The notes beneath the pieces are model-generated. The model had not been told where the DNA came from. It ran no database searches and saw only the letters and a list, made by a program, of their open reading frames with translations. This document shows positions 17,479 to 26,601 of a stretch of DNA of 59,110 nucleotides, piece after piece. The stretch lies in assembly GCA_937894115.1 (NCBI GenBank), contig CALBFP010000303.1, positions 1-59,110 of the forward strand, given 5' to 3'. The translations under genes and the position numbers were made by a program. This DNA is from an uncultured euryarchaeote (GTDB lineage Archaea; Thermoplasmatota; Poseidoniia; Poseidoniales; Poseidoniaceae). The stretch's first letter is position 1. Every line of letters starts with the position of its first letter.

Positions 17479-18387
17479 ATGGAGTCCTCACAAATCCTCG
17501 TGACTGGAATTGGAGGGCTTGGTTGCATTTGGGCAGCGCGTGCACATCAACGTGGAGCAGGAGCATCTTTGCTGATGCTTGATGCTGACGATCGCTTTCC
17601 AGAGGTAGAGGATGCCCACATCATTCGTCTTGGTCATACCTTGGATGCCTTGGGATGCGCAGCGTTGCCTCCGCTCGCAGAACAGCGCATGCGAGGATTG
17701 TCGTCACGTACACGTCCGTTTCTGGAGAAGGCGGAATTGGTGATAATTGTCACTGGATTGGGTGGAGGAACTGGGACGGGTGCATCGCATGAATTTGCTC
17801 GTCAGGCAAAACTCCACGGTGCGACTGTGCTGTCCATCGCAGCTTTACCCTTTGAAAGCCAACCAACCCGCAAAAAAATCGCTGAGGCAGAAATCCAACG
17901 TCTGGATCACCATTCCGACGTCTGCGTTCAACTTTCGCTCGAACGACTGGCCCGTCAAGCCAGAGACCGAGGCAAGGATTGGAGTATGGGTTCTGAATGG
18001 GTTGAGGATCTCATCGATGGCTTGGTTCGAACGTTGCTTTCAATGGGACTTATCAATCTGGATTTGATGGATTTGCGAGCGATCGTCCAACACCAAGGCG
18101 GTTCGACGATGTTGGTCGGAACGGGCCATCACGATCAGTTGGAAAATTTGTACAATGCAACGGTCAAAGCACCTCTTGCACCGATGAATGTTGCAGGTGC
18201 GAAAGGGTGTTTGTTGCAAATTGAAGGAGGAATGGGTTTGACGATTGGACAAGTTGACGAGATTGCAACAGCGCTTACGTCTGCGGTTGATTCCAACGCT
18301 CAAGTGATCCTTGGGGCGCGGATTTCACCCGAGCTTGAAGGAACGATTCGAATCGTTATGCTCCTATCTGGAATAAATGAAGATTAG
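17479..18387 (+). CDS. Divergent FtsZ/tubulin-superfamily GTPase (core only)
   Basis: Tubulin signature GGGTGTG is intact, the T7 loop NLDLMD is present, and a C-terminal FtsZ-type domain is present (AGAKGCLLQIEGG). The G1 box is degenerate (GIGGLGC). The ATG at 17479 is preceded by a GAGGA SD. Confidence 0.8.
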   Translation: MESSQILVTGIGGLGCIWAARAHQRGAGASLLMLDADDRFPEVEDAHIIRLGHTLDALGCAALPPLAEQRMRGLSSRTRPFLEKAELVIIVTGLGGGTGTGASHEFARQAKLHGATVLSIAALPFESQPTRKKIAEAEIQRLDHHSDVCVQLSLERLARQARDRGKDWSMGSEWVEDLIDGLVRTLLSMGLINLDLMDLRAIVQHQGGSTMLVGTGHHDQLENLYNATVKAPLAPMNVAGAKGCLLQIEGGMGLTIGQVDEIATALTSAVDSNAQVILGARISPELEGTIRIVMLLSGINED

Positions 18388-19841
18388 TCAAGGAGTTCTA
18401 CTTCATCGTCCCAGTCGGTATCATCTCCCAATGTCTCGGGAACTTGATTCCAATCCACAGGGTCTCCAATGCTTTCGTCTTCAATGGGTTCTGATTCAGG
18501 GGGCGTTGAGGGTTCGGGCTGGTCCTCTTGTGTTGTTTGTTCGACAGCTTTTTCCAAAACTGGATCTTTGTTCACTTCCAGTTTTTCAATCGAATGAACG
18601 ATGTTTCGATCGCTGTCAATCCGTTGTATTTTGGCTTCGAGCATAGACTTCTGCGAATGCATTACAGTAACGACGACAAGGATGTGGCCGGCGATAAGAA
18701 CGAGTCTTATTTCATCCATGACCGAAGTGAGCATTGCAACACTTCCAGCGTAGGCATAACCGAAGGAAACGCCCCAAAAAAGCGCATTTTCAGGTGTGAA
18801 AAGTTCAGACGTAGAACCCTCACCTTTGCTTGTTAGCGCCCATATGGCGAGAAATACTGTAACGATCATGAGAATTAATTCCTCGATGAATATCAGAGCA
18901 TCATCGGATGCAGAATCGACGCTTCTGTAGATGCTCAAGACGTGCCAGGTGATGAACAATTGCGTGGCCCAAAACCATTTTTTTGCTACTGCGTGTGTTG
19001 CTCCACTCATCGAGGCGCGCTGTCGTTGATTCCAAGTGTAATACACGCAGATTCCGTACACTCCAAATGAAAACACATACGGCCACAAACTAAACGAAGA
19101 ACCTGTTACAAAGAAACGTAGGCCTTCCGTAACAAAAAAGGTCATGACAACGACCAGCATCGAGGTCATGATCAATGAAGGGGCGGATGGACGTGTACCT
19201 TCCTTGCTCTCATTGTCTTGTGGTACACGTATCGCATTCATGCTTGCGACTCCGAAAAATCGGCCTTGAGCAATTGCCCAGAGGACGAACATTCCACCGA
19301 GTACTGAAGGTAAGAAGGTGCCAACTTGATGTAGAATGCCGTTTTCTCCAAAGATGTTGCCGATTACAAACAACAAGACCGTAGCGAGCGTAAGGGGTGC
19401 GATGAGAATTTTAAAACGTGCAGGAAGAGACTGAGTTAACGTAGAATTCGGATCTTTTTCGTAACGAAGGATTGCAGCAAAACGGTCACTTCGAGCAAGT
19501 GGTGCGAGGCATGCATAAGCAAGACTAAAACCAACAAACCCATACGTTGCTAACTGTTCTTGGTTCAGTTGGGCTACAGTGAAGAACAAGACACAAACCA
19601 GCACCAGCATCAGCAAATGTGGAAAGGTCGATGGAGAGATTAAACTCTTGAACAGTGTGAATTTTGTCAACGACTTTGTCTCCTCCATGGAAGTCTGTTG
19701 CGTTCTTGGTTCTAAAGGCTGTTCAATTCCTGATGGCATACTTACTTGAGGAGGTTCAAGATGGGTGTCCATGGGCGCAAAGATTTCCAAAGCAAAGCGA
19801 CCCAAGCGGCGGTGGATAGGACTCTCTTTCTCAGCAAGCAT
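18384..19841 (-). CDS. Polytopic membrane protein with acidic C-terminal tail
   Basis: 485 aa with more than 8 hydrophobic helices and an Asp/Glu-rich C-terminus. The 5' end overlaps the divergent Pop5 ORF, so the true start is probably an internal Met (19772 or 19739). Confidence 0.6.
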   Translation of the reverse strand: MLAEKESPIHRRLGRFALEIFAPMDTHLEPPQVSMPSGIEQPLEPRTQQTSMEETKSLTKFTLFKSLISPSTFPHLLMLVLVCVLFFTVAQLNQEQLATYGFVGFSLAYACLAPLARSDRFAAILRYEKDPNSTLTQSLPARFKILIAPLTLATVLLFVIGNIFGENGILHQVGTFLPSVLGGMFVLWAIAQGRFFGVASMNAIRVPQDNESKEGTRPSAPSLIMTSMLVVVMTFFVTEGLRFFVTGSSFSLWPYVFSFGVYGICVYYTWNQRQRASMSGATHAVAKKWFWATQLFITWHVLSIYRSVDSASDDALIFIEELILMIVTVFLAIWALTSKGEGSTSELFTPENALFWGVSFGYAYAGSVAMLTSVMDEIRLVLIAGHILVVVTVMHSQKSMLEAKIQRIDSDRNIVHSIEKLEVNKDPVLEKAVEQTTQEDQPEPSTPPESEPIEDESIGDPVDWNQVPETLGDDTDWDDEVELLD

Positions 19842-20136
19842 TCAATCCAGAACAGCGCTTCACAGCGCATTGAGAGATTGGGTTTTTTTTGACTGTGATT
19901 TCAAAATATACGACGCACATTTTGCAGGTTCGCAGGTCGGTAAAAGCGCAAAACAGCATCGCTCTTTGGAAGACAATGCTGGATTTGCGATCGTACGTGT
20001 TCTTCTCAAAGATTATGAGTCAATCAGACATCGTCTCAAGTCGGCAAAAAACCACACAGTTCAATCCCACACCTCCTCGGGTAAGTTACGTCTGGTTCGA
20101 GAGAGAATGGGACTTCCAAAGCCTCAACAACGGTAA
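19765..20136 (+). CDS. rnp2: RNase P protein component 2 (Pop5 family)
   Basis: 123 aa. KRRWIGLSF, AIVRVLLKDYESIRHRL and the C-terminal SSGKLRLVRER parallel the archaeal Pop5 blocks (KKRYIAF, GIVRC..., SGTIKRLK). Confidence 0.55.
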   Translation: MSMGAKISKAKRPKRRWIGLSFSASIQSRTALHSALRDWVFFDCDFKIYDAHFAGSQVGKSAKQHRSLEDNAGFAIVRVLLKDYESIRHRLKSAKNHTVQSHTSSGKLRLVRERMGLPKPQQR

Positions 20137-20171
20137 GGCACACTTTTGAGCCCCGCTCCAGTGGACTGCTC

Positions 20172-20693
20172 ATGGCCGGAGGAGGAACTGCACCCCCCAT
20201 GAAAATGAGTGATGTTCTGTTGCTCATTGGCGTTTCTCTTCTTGTTGGTACTTTGTTTATTCAGGAATGGGATCAAACCAAAGTCATCAAGGCCGGTGAA
20301 GACCCACTTGAGGGGACTTCACGTACCTTTTCGGGGGACGTTCTTGAGATTGCTGTGGTAACCAAAAACGGAACGGACATTGAATTCCAAATTTACGAGG
20401 ACGGAGAAGAAGTGACGGGATTTCCAGTTACAAAATTCTCAGATTCAAACAATAAAGCAGAAGTAGTGTATGAATCTGAAGGAGGGAAACTCAGCTGGAA
20501 AGTTGTTGTGAAGAGCGAAGTTGATGCAGAGATCGATGTCGACCTCCGACGTGCCTATTTCCTCAATTACCTACCGTATGTCCTTGGTGCACTGATTACT
20601 GCTGCTGGAGTAGCGAAAAAGAAAACCGATTTGCACAACGAGGACGACAACGTCCTTGATGCGATCATTGAGGGTGAAGATTCGTCCAAATAA
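20172..20693 (+). CDS. Membrane-anchored protein, uncharacterised
   Basis: 173 aa with N- and C-terminal hydrophobic helices flanking a beta-rich domain. Confidence 0.5.
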   Translation: MAGGGTAPPMKMSDVLLLIGVSLLVGTLFIQEWDQTKVIKAGEDPLEGTSRTFSGDVLEIAVVTKNGTDIEFQIYEDGEEVTGFPVTKFSDSNNKAEVVYESEGGKLSWKVVVKSEVDAEIDVDLRRAYFLNYLPYVLGALITAAGVAKKKTDLHNEDDNVLDAIIEGEDSSK

Positions 20694-22080
20694 TCTCCTC
20701 ATCGTCTCCAACACGATAGGTCTCCTCCCCATCGCTGAGAAGTTCGATATCGTGTTCACCAACCTTTTGCAATGTACACGTTTTTCCTCTATAGAAACAA
20801 TCGCTCAACAGAAATTCACTCGCAATCGAACCATTACCAATTCGTTTCAATGCGTCGTGTTTATGTTCAAACATCGATGCCACCACAGCGGAAAGGACTG
20901 CAAACAGATCCGAATGTTTGGACTGACCGATTTCTTCGAGAGAAGCCTGCCCTTTCTGTAGACCCTTCATGCTTGCATTGATGCCGATTCCAACCACGAT
21001 TCGTTGTTCATCACCCCTCGAAAAAGACTGGAACAAGATACCCCCGAATTTGCGCCACTTTTCACCGACCGAACTTCGCAACAAAAGGTCGTTTGGCCAT
21101 TTGGTGAGTATGAGATTCGTCTGGTTGCGTTCCAGACACAACGCATTTCGAATTTGTTGTGCCATTTCAAGTTGCACATAGGGCGTTGTCGACTTGAGAT
21201 GGCGTTTGTCAAGAAGCCATGATGCTTTGAAAGAACCTGGATGGTCCTGCCATGTGTTCCCATGACGTCCTCGACCTTGTGTTTGCGCAACAGCGACAAG
21301 CGAATCTCCCGATGCGTAATCTCCTCGCAAAAGTTCAGCGTTGGTTGAATCGATCTCCTTGAATTTGTGATGTTTTCCACTGACGAAGGGGTGCCATGCG
21401 GCAATTACGTGAATGGTTTCACGATCCTCAAAAGTCAACGTACGAACAATCCGCGCTGCAAGGCCTTGTTGACGTAGAACATCGACGCTACGTTTCCAGT
21501 GAACGACCTCTCGACAGACCAGCAAAGCGATTCCATTCCACGTGCAAAGTTTTCCATTTGACATCGAACGGGCAAAGACGTCAAGCAATCCAGTTGGATG
21601 CGTGTCAATGAGCGAAGCTTCCTCAAGCGGACCGAGTAAGTTTTCATTTACTTCTTTTTGAGGGATGTACGGCATGTTCCAAAGCACAACATCATAGAGA
21701 TCGTGATTCCAGCCGAAATCTGGTATTTGTTCATCTTGTGGCCCCAGCCCGCTTTCTGATACCTGTAGCACAACATTGTGACGTTTTGCGTTGTTTCTTG
21801 CAGCAGCCACGGCGTATGGATTGATGTCGCAAGCATCAACGGACCAACCGAGTTTTGCTGCAGCAATGGAGATGGCACCTGAACCGCATCCAATCTCAAG
21901 GAGTTTTTTTGCGCCGAAAGGTGCAATATCTGCGACAATGTCGTGGAGCAAGTCCGTATCTTCTCTTGGTGGATAAACAGTAGGTGGTACAACAAGTTCC
22001 ATCGAATTCCAGGTATAGATTTTGGCTTCCTGTTCTGAGAGAAATTCAATTTCGCGGAGGGCTCTTTTGTGATTGAACAT
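20665..22080 (-). CDS. birA: Fusion of an Mtq2/HemK-like SAM methyltransferase (N-terminal) and biotin-protein ligase BirA (C-terminal)
   Basis: 471 aa.
- N-terminal part: VYPPREDTDLL, SAM motif LEIGCGSGAIS and NMPY (an NPPY variant)
- C-terminal part: the biotin ligase signatures GRGRHGNTW and KWPNDLL. Confidence 0.85.
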   Translation of the reverse strand: MFNHKRALREIEFLSEQEAKIYTWNSMELVVPPTVYPPREDTDLLHDIVADIAPFGAKKLLEIGCGSGAISIAAAKLGWSVDACDINPYAVAAARNNAKRHNVVLQVSESGLGPQDEQIPDFGWNHDLYDVVLWNMPYIPQKEVNENLLGPLEEASLIDTHPTGLLDVFARSMSNGKLCTWNGIALLVCREVVHWKRSVDVLRQQGLAARIVRTLTFEDRETIHVIAAWHPFVSGKHHKFKEIDSTNAELLRGDYASGDSLVAVAQTQGRGRHGNTWQDHPGSFKASWLLDKRHLKSTTPYVQLEMAQQIRNALCLERNQTNLILTKWPNDLLLRSSVGEKWRKFGGILFQSFSRGDEQRIVVGIGINASMKGLQKGQASLEEIGQSKHSDLFAVLSAVVASMFEHKHDALKRIGNGSIASEFLLSDCFYRGKTCTLQKVGEHDIELLSDGEETYRVGDDEEIIWTNLHPQ

Positions 22081-22209
22081 TCTATCCCTCGGAAATTTTT
22101 AGTCAACGGTCCTAAAAGAGCGTTTCTCACAACCCATTAAGAGAGTTTTTTCATCGGTAAAGTATAAGAAGGGAGGGTAGTTGGGATTGAAAGCCCAAGA
22201 AGCAACGTT

Positions 22210-22283
22210 GGGCCTGTAGCTCAGTCAGGTAGAGCGTCGGGCTTTTAACCCGATGGTCGCGGGTTCGAACCCCGTCGGGCCCG
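22210..22283 (+). tRNA. tRNA-Lys (anticodon UUU)
   Basis: Hand-folded cloverleaf.
- Acceptor stem GGGCCUG/CGGGCCC with one G-U pair
- D stem GCUC/GAGC
- Anticodon stem UCGGG/CCCGA with loop CUUUUAA
- T arm GCGGG-UUCGAAC-CCCGU
- Discriminator G; CCA is not fully encoded. Confidence 0.92.
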
Positions 22284-22331
22284 CCTACTGTGCCGCAGTA
22301 CAACGTTGAGGGCTGTGCGGGGTGACGTTGG

Positions 22332-22979
22332 ATGGTAGTAAAGAGTGCGACAAAAAAGCGGTTGATTGAACTCGGCGTCTCCGATGAATACGCCCACAAA
22401 CTGGCCACGGACCGAAACATGGCTGACATCAAAAGTATGCCGGCAGATGACATCGCTAAGATTCTTGGAATTGCCAAAGACAGCGAATCCTTCACTAAAA
22501 TCATGCAGATTATTGCAGATCAGGGCAACCGCAGATCTCGCATCAAAAAGAGCAAAAAGATTACCATTTCATCGAAAGCCTTGGACGAATTTGATCGTCC
22601 TGAAGTGAGCATTCGATTCAACCCTTTGAATCATGAGCTTGTACCGCATCAGGAACTCTTGGGTGATGCAAACATCAGCGAGGAAGAGCAGTACGAAATT
22701 GAGCGTGAAGAACTTTCGCCATGGGGTCTTGAAGAACTCGACGAAGACGGTAACCCGCGTCTAGCGAAGGAACTGCTTCCAAAAGTGTTGATTTCTGACC
22801 CAGTAGTACAGGCCATTAAGGAAGCGGCTGAAATCGCCGACAACGCAGCACTGGCAGCGAACCCCGATCATCGTCCACTCGCTGCTGGATGGATTGCAGA
22901 CCGCGTTCTCAAAGTAAAGCGACGGTCCAAGTCTGCAGGCACCGCCGTTGCCTATCGCCTCGTCGTGGAAGGCAGTTGA
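22332..22979 (+). CDS. rpoH: RNA polymerase subunit H (Rpo5) with ~115-aa N-terminal extension
   Basis: The C-terminal ~90 aa (HELVPHQELL ... LPKVLISDPV ... VLKVKRRSKSAGTAVAYRLVV) match the RpoH core. It lies directly upstream of rpoB. A GGGGTGA SD is present. Confidence 0.85.
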   Translation: MVVKSATKKRLIELGVSDEYAHKLATDRNMADIKSMPADDIAKILGIAKDSESFTKIMQIIADQGNRRSRIKKSKKITISSKALDEFDRPEVSIRFNPLNHELVPHQELLGDANISEEEQYEIEREELSPWGLEELDEDGNPRLAKELLPKVLISDPVVQAIKEAAEIADNAALAANPDHRPLAAGWIADRVLKVKRRSKSAGTAVAYRLVVEGS

Positions 22980-22995
22980 GTAAGGAGTTGATAAC

Positions 22996-25900
22996 ATGCA
23001 AGAAATAATTGAATCTTTTTTCCGAGAACGAAGCCTAGTTAACCATCAACTCGCGTCGTACAACGACTGCATCCCGTCAACCGACAATCAGCGTTCTCGC
23101 ATGGAACGCATCATCAGTAACATCCGCGTAGGAACTGATGAAGAAATTATCGACGAGCACGGCGGTTACATCAAACTCGACGTCGCAGACCAAGAAATTG
23201 TTATTCGAATGAAAAACATCAAACTCGGAGCTCCCAATATTCGTGAAGCAAACGGCTCGTATCACAACGCCTCGCCAATGGAATGCCGTCTTCGAAAATT
23301 AACCTATCAATCTCCAGTCACCATCGATTTTACAATCTGGAAGAACGGTGTAGCCACCTTCCCAGAAAAAGACGTGCAAGTTGGTGCTATCCCAATTATG
23401 GTCCGCTCGAAAAGGTGCCACCTCCACCCAAGTCACATCGCTGATCGCCTTCTCGAACCTTCAAAATCACCCGATGACGCCGCTACACTCGCAGAAAAAC
23501 TTCGTGAAAAGGGAGAAGATCCTCTCGACCCTGGTGGTTATTTCATTATCAACGGAACAGAACGAGTTCTCATCTCGATGGAAGACCTTGCTCCGAATCG
23601 AGTCACAGTAGAAATCAACAAGCGAACCGCGAAGCGAACAGAAGTAGCGAAAATCTTCTCACAGAAGAACGGAATGCGCAAACCGCTTACGGTGGAAAAG
23701 CGCCGAGATGGAATGTTGATGGTAAAAGTCAGCACTGCGGGTACCACACCAATTCCTGTTGTGCTGCTTATGCGAGCTTTGGGTATCGAGAACGATCAAG
23801 AGATATTCACAGCAATCTCAGGACCTCAAGAGACCTTCAAATTCATCGTCGCCAACATCAACGAAGTCAACGACAACGAGGAATTTTACGTAAAGAGCGA
23901 ACCTGAGGCATACGAATGGCTGCAAAAGAAATTCGCTGCAGGTCAACAAAAGGAATACCGAGAGGCACGGGTCAACCAACTTTTGGACAGAGAGCTGCTC
24001 CCACATCTCGGCGATCAACCTGAAGATCGTAAGAAGAAAGCAATCTTCCTCGGGCGTATCGTACGCCAAGTTCTTGAGATGGCTTTGAACGATAAAGAAC
24101 CCAACGACAAGGACCACTACGCAAACAAGCGAGTTCGTTTGGCAGGTGACCTTATCGAAGACTTGTTCCGTGTGTCATCAGGACAACTCGCTCGCGATTT
24201 GAAATATCAACTCGAGCGACATCACAATCGAAAGCGTGAACTCAAAATAACCTCCTGCCTACGACCGGATGTTCTCTCTTCCAAGATTCTGCACGCGCTA
24301 GCAACCGGTAACTGGGTAGGCGGTCGTTCTGGTGTGAGCCAATTGCTCGACCGAACAACTTACCTCGCTTCGCTTTCGCACATGCGAAGAGTGACCTCGC
24401 CACTGGTTCGCAGTCAACCGCATTTTGAAGCTCGAGATTTGCACCCAACGCAATGGGGCCGTCTGTGTCCAAACGAGACACCTGAAGGTCAAAATTGTGG
24501 ATTGGTAAAGAATGCGGCTCAAATGGTCGACATCTCTGAAGAAATTGATCCACAGGAAATTCGAGAGCGCCTTGATGAACTCGACGTTTATCAACCCAAA
24601 GACTGGACCGACGGCGATCGAGTTCACGTTAACGGTGACATCTACGGTATGCATAAGAACGGAAAGAATCTTCTTTCTCAGTTCAAGAACAGCAGAAGGC
24701 GTGGAACGATTCCATCCGAGGTATCCATCCGTCACGATACAGAAAACCGAGACATCTTCATCAACACCGACAAAGGCAGAATTCTGCGACCATTGCTCAT
24801 TCTCTACGACGGGGCGCCCCGACTTGAAAACAGCCACTTGGCTGACTTAGCAGCTGGTAACATTACGTTCCGTGACTTGGTCATTGACGGTATTGTTGAA
24901 TGGGTCGATGCTGAGGAAGAGGAAGATCTCTACATCGCTCCACGTCCCTTCGTCCTCCCCGAAAATGTACCTGAAGGACCGCTCGCAGGCCGACCGGTAA
25001 CCCATGAGAACATCCGATGGATCAACCTCGGAGAGCCGGGTGTGGAATTCGCTTCCTTGGAAGCAGAGGTTCGAATGCCAAACGGTAGCATGGAAGTTGC
25101 TAAATTCGACGTTCCTTTGCTGTATTCGTCCGAACACACCCACGTCGAAATTGATCCACAACTTGTTCTCGGTGTCTGTGCCTCACTCATTCCATACCCT
25201 GAACACAACTCAACTCCACGTGTCACCGGTGGTACAGCGATGGTCAAGCAATCGCTTGGCCTTCCAAGCGCAAATTATCGGTTGAGGCCTGATACGCGGG
25301 CGCACATCTTGCACTACCCACACCGTTCCATTGTTCGAACCGATGCAATGCGAACCACGAACTTCGACGAGCGACCAGGTGGCCAGAATTTCATCGTGGC
25401 AATCATGTCCCTTCACGGTTACAACATGCAGGATGCGGTCATCATGAACCGTGCTTCCGTAGACCGTGGGCTTGGCCGCTCGACATTCAATCGAACCTAC
25501 AACGCAGAACGTCGTCGTTTCCCAGGCGGACAAGTCGAGGAAATCGAAAAGCCTGGCAACAAACTGACCGAAGTGAAAGGATTGAAGCCAGTTGAAGCTT
25601 ACTCACACCTCGAAGACGACGGTCTACCTCGTCCTGAAACATTCCTTCAGGGTGGAGACGTACTCGTCGGTAAGACCAGTCCTCCCCGATTTTTGGAAGA
25701 ATCCAACAGCGGTGCTTTCCTCATGGCTCAAGAGCGAAGAGAATCATCGATGCTCGTCCGTCACGGTGAGATGGGATGGGTTGACAACGTATACGTCACG
25801 GAATCGGACAACTCAGGCCGCTTGGTTCGAGTCATGGTCCGAAGTCACAAGGTACCAGAAGTCGGAGATAAATTTGCTTCACGACACGGACAAAAGGGAG

Positions 25901-26601
25901 TTATTGGACGGCTTGTTGAACCTGAAGATATGCCGTTCACTCGAGATGGAGTCGTGCCCGACTTGATCATCAACCCTCACGCCATTCCATCACGAATGAC
26001 TGTTGCTCACGTCCTTGAGATGATCGGCGGTAAAGTAGGTGCTATGGAAGGCCGTAGAATCGATGGAACCGCCTTCCGAGGAGAAAAAGAAAGCAGCCTT
26101 CGAGACGGTTTGGTCCGCAATGGGCTTGCTCATACAGGGCGAGAGACAATGATTAACGGCGAAACTGGAGAAGCTTACCCTGCTGACATCTTTGTTGGAT
26201 GCATCTACTACCAGCGTCTTCACCACTTGGTCAGTTCAAAGATTCACGCTCGCTCTCGCGGTCGTGTTCAAATTCTCACACGTCAGCCGACAGAAGGTCG
26301 TGCACGACAAGGTGGTCTACGATTTGGTGAGATGGAACGTGATTGTCTCATCGCACACGGTGCTTCGATGGTGATTAAAGATCGTCTCCTCGATGAATCC
26401 GATGGAATCGACATGTTCGTATGTGCCCAATCGGGACACATAGCGTGGTACGACCCGAAACGTCGTACATACGTGAGCCCTGTTCACGGAGATGGTGCGG
26501 AAGTCTACAAGGTACAAACCTCGTATGCTTTCAAACTCCTTCTTGACGAAATGAAAAGTCTTGGCGTTGCCATGCGACTAGAACTGGAGGACCGAAGATG
26601 A
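22996..26601 (+). CDS. rpoB: RNA polymerase subunit B (unsplit)
   Basis: 1201 aa with canonical blocks such as GKFASRHGQKGV, MPFT..G..PD..INPH..PSRMT and GEMERDCLIAHGA. Confidence 0.97.
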   Translation: MQEIIESFFRERSLVNHQLASYNDCIPSTDNQRSRMERIISNIRVGTDEEIIDEHGGYIKLDVADQEIVIRMKNIKLGAPNIREANGSYHNASPMECRLRKLTYQSPVTIDFTIWKNGVATFPEKDVQVGAIPIMVRSKRCHLHPSHIADRLLEPSKSPDDAATLAEKLREKGEDPLDPGGYFIINGTERVLISMEDLAPNRVTVEINKRTAKRTEVAKIFSQKNGMRKPLTVEKRRDGMLMVKVSTAGTTPIPVVLLMRALGIENDQEIFTAISGPQETFKFIVANINEVNDNEEFYVKSEPEAYEWLQKKFAAGQQKEYREARVNQLLDRELLPHLGDQPEDRKKKAIFLGRIVRQVLEMALNDKEPNDKDHYANKRVRLAGDLIEDLFRVSSGQLARDLKYQLERHHNRKRELKITSCLRPDVLSSKILHALATGNWVGGRSGVSQLLDRTTYLASLSHMRRVTSPLVRSQPHFEARDLHPTQWGRLCPNETPEGQNCGLVKNAAQMVDISEEIDPQEIRERLDELDVYQPKDWTDGDRVHVNGDIYGMHKNGKNLLSQFKNSRRRGTIPSEVSIRHDTENRDIFINTDKGRILRPLLILYDGAPRLENSHLADLAAGNITFRDLVIDGIVEWVDAEEEEDLYIAPRPFVLPENVPEGPLAGRPVTHENIRWINLGEPGVEFASLEAEVRMPNGSMEVAKFDVPLLYSSEHTHVEIDPQLVLGVCASLIPYPEHNSTPRVTGGTAMVKQSLGLPSANYRLRPDTRAHILHYPHRSIVRTDAMRTTNFDERPGGQNFIVAIMSLHGYNMQDAVIMNRASVDRGLGRSTFNRTYNAERRRFPGGQVEEIEKPGNKLTEVKGLKPVEAYSHLEDDGLPRPETFLQGGDVLVGKTSPPRFLEESNSGAFLMAQERRESSMLVRHGEMGWVDNVYVTESDNSGRLVRVMVRSHKVPEVGDKFASRHGQKGVIGRLVEPEDMPFTRDGVVPDLIINPHAIPSRMTVAHVLEMIGGKVGAMEGRRIDGTAFRGEKESSLRDGLVRNGLAHTGRETMINGETGEAYPADIFVGCIYYQRLHHLVSSKIHARSRGRVQILTRQPTEGRARQGGLRFGEMERDCLIAHGASMVIKDRLLDESDGIDMFVCAQSGHIAWYDPKRRTYVSPVHGDGAEVYKVQTSYAFKLLLDEMKSLGVAMRLELEDRR

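Noticed and set aside
22081-22331. tRNA-Lys as an integration site for a genomic island or provirus
   Set aside because: There is no integrase, transposase or phage gene nearby. I did not see a direct repeat of the tRNA 3' end in the window. The flanking genes (birA fusion, rpoH) are core housekeeping genes.
22151-22504. 117-aa minus-strand ORF
   Set aside because: It runs antisense through the tRNA-Lys gene and the 5' end of rpoH. The composition is not protein-like and the region is already explained.
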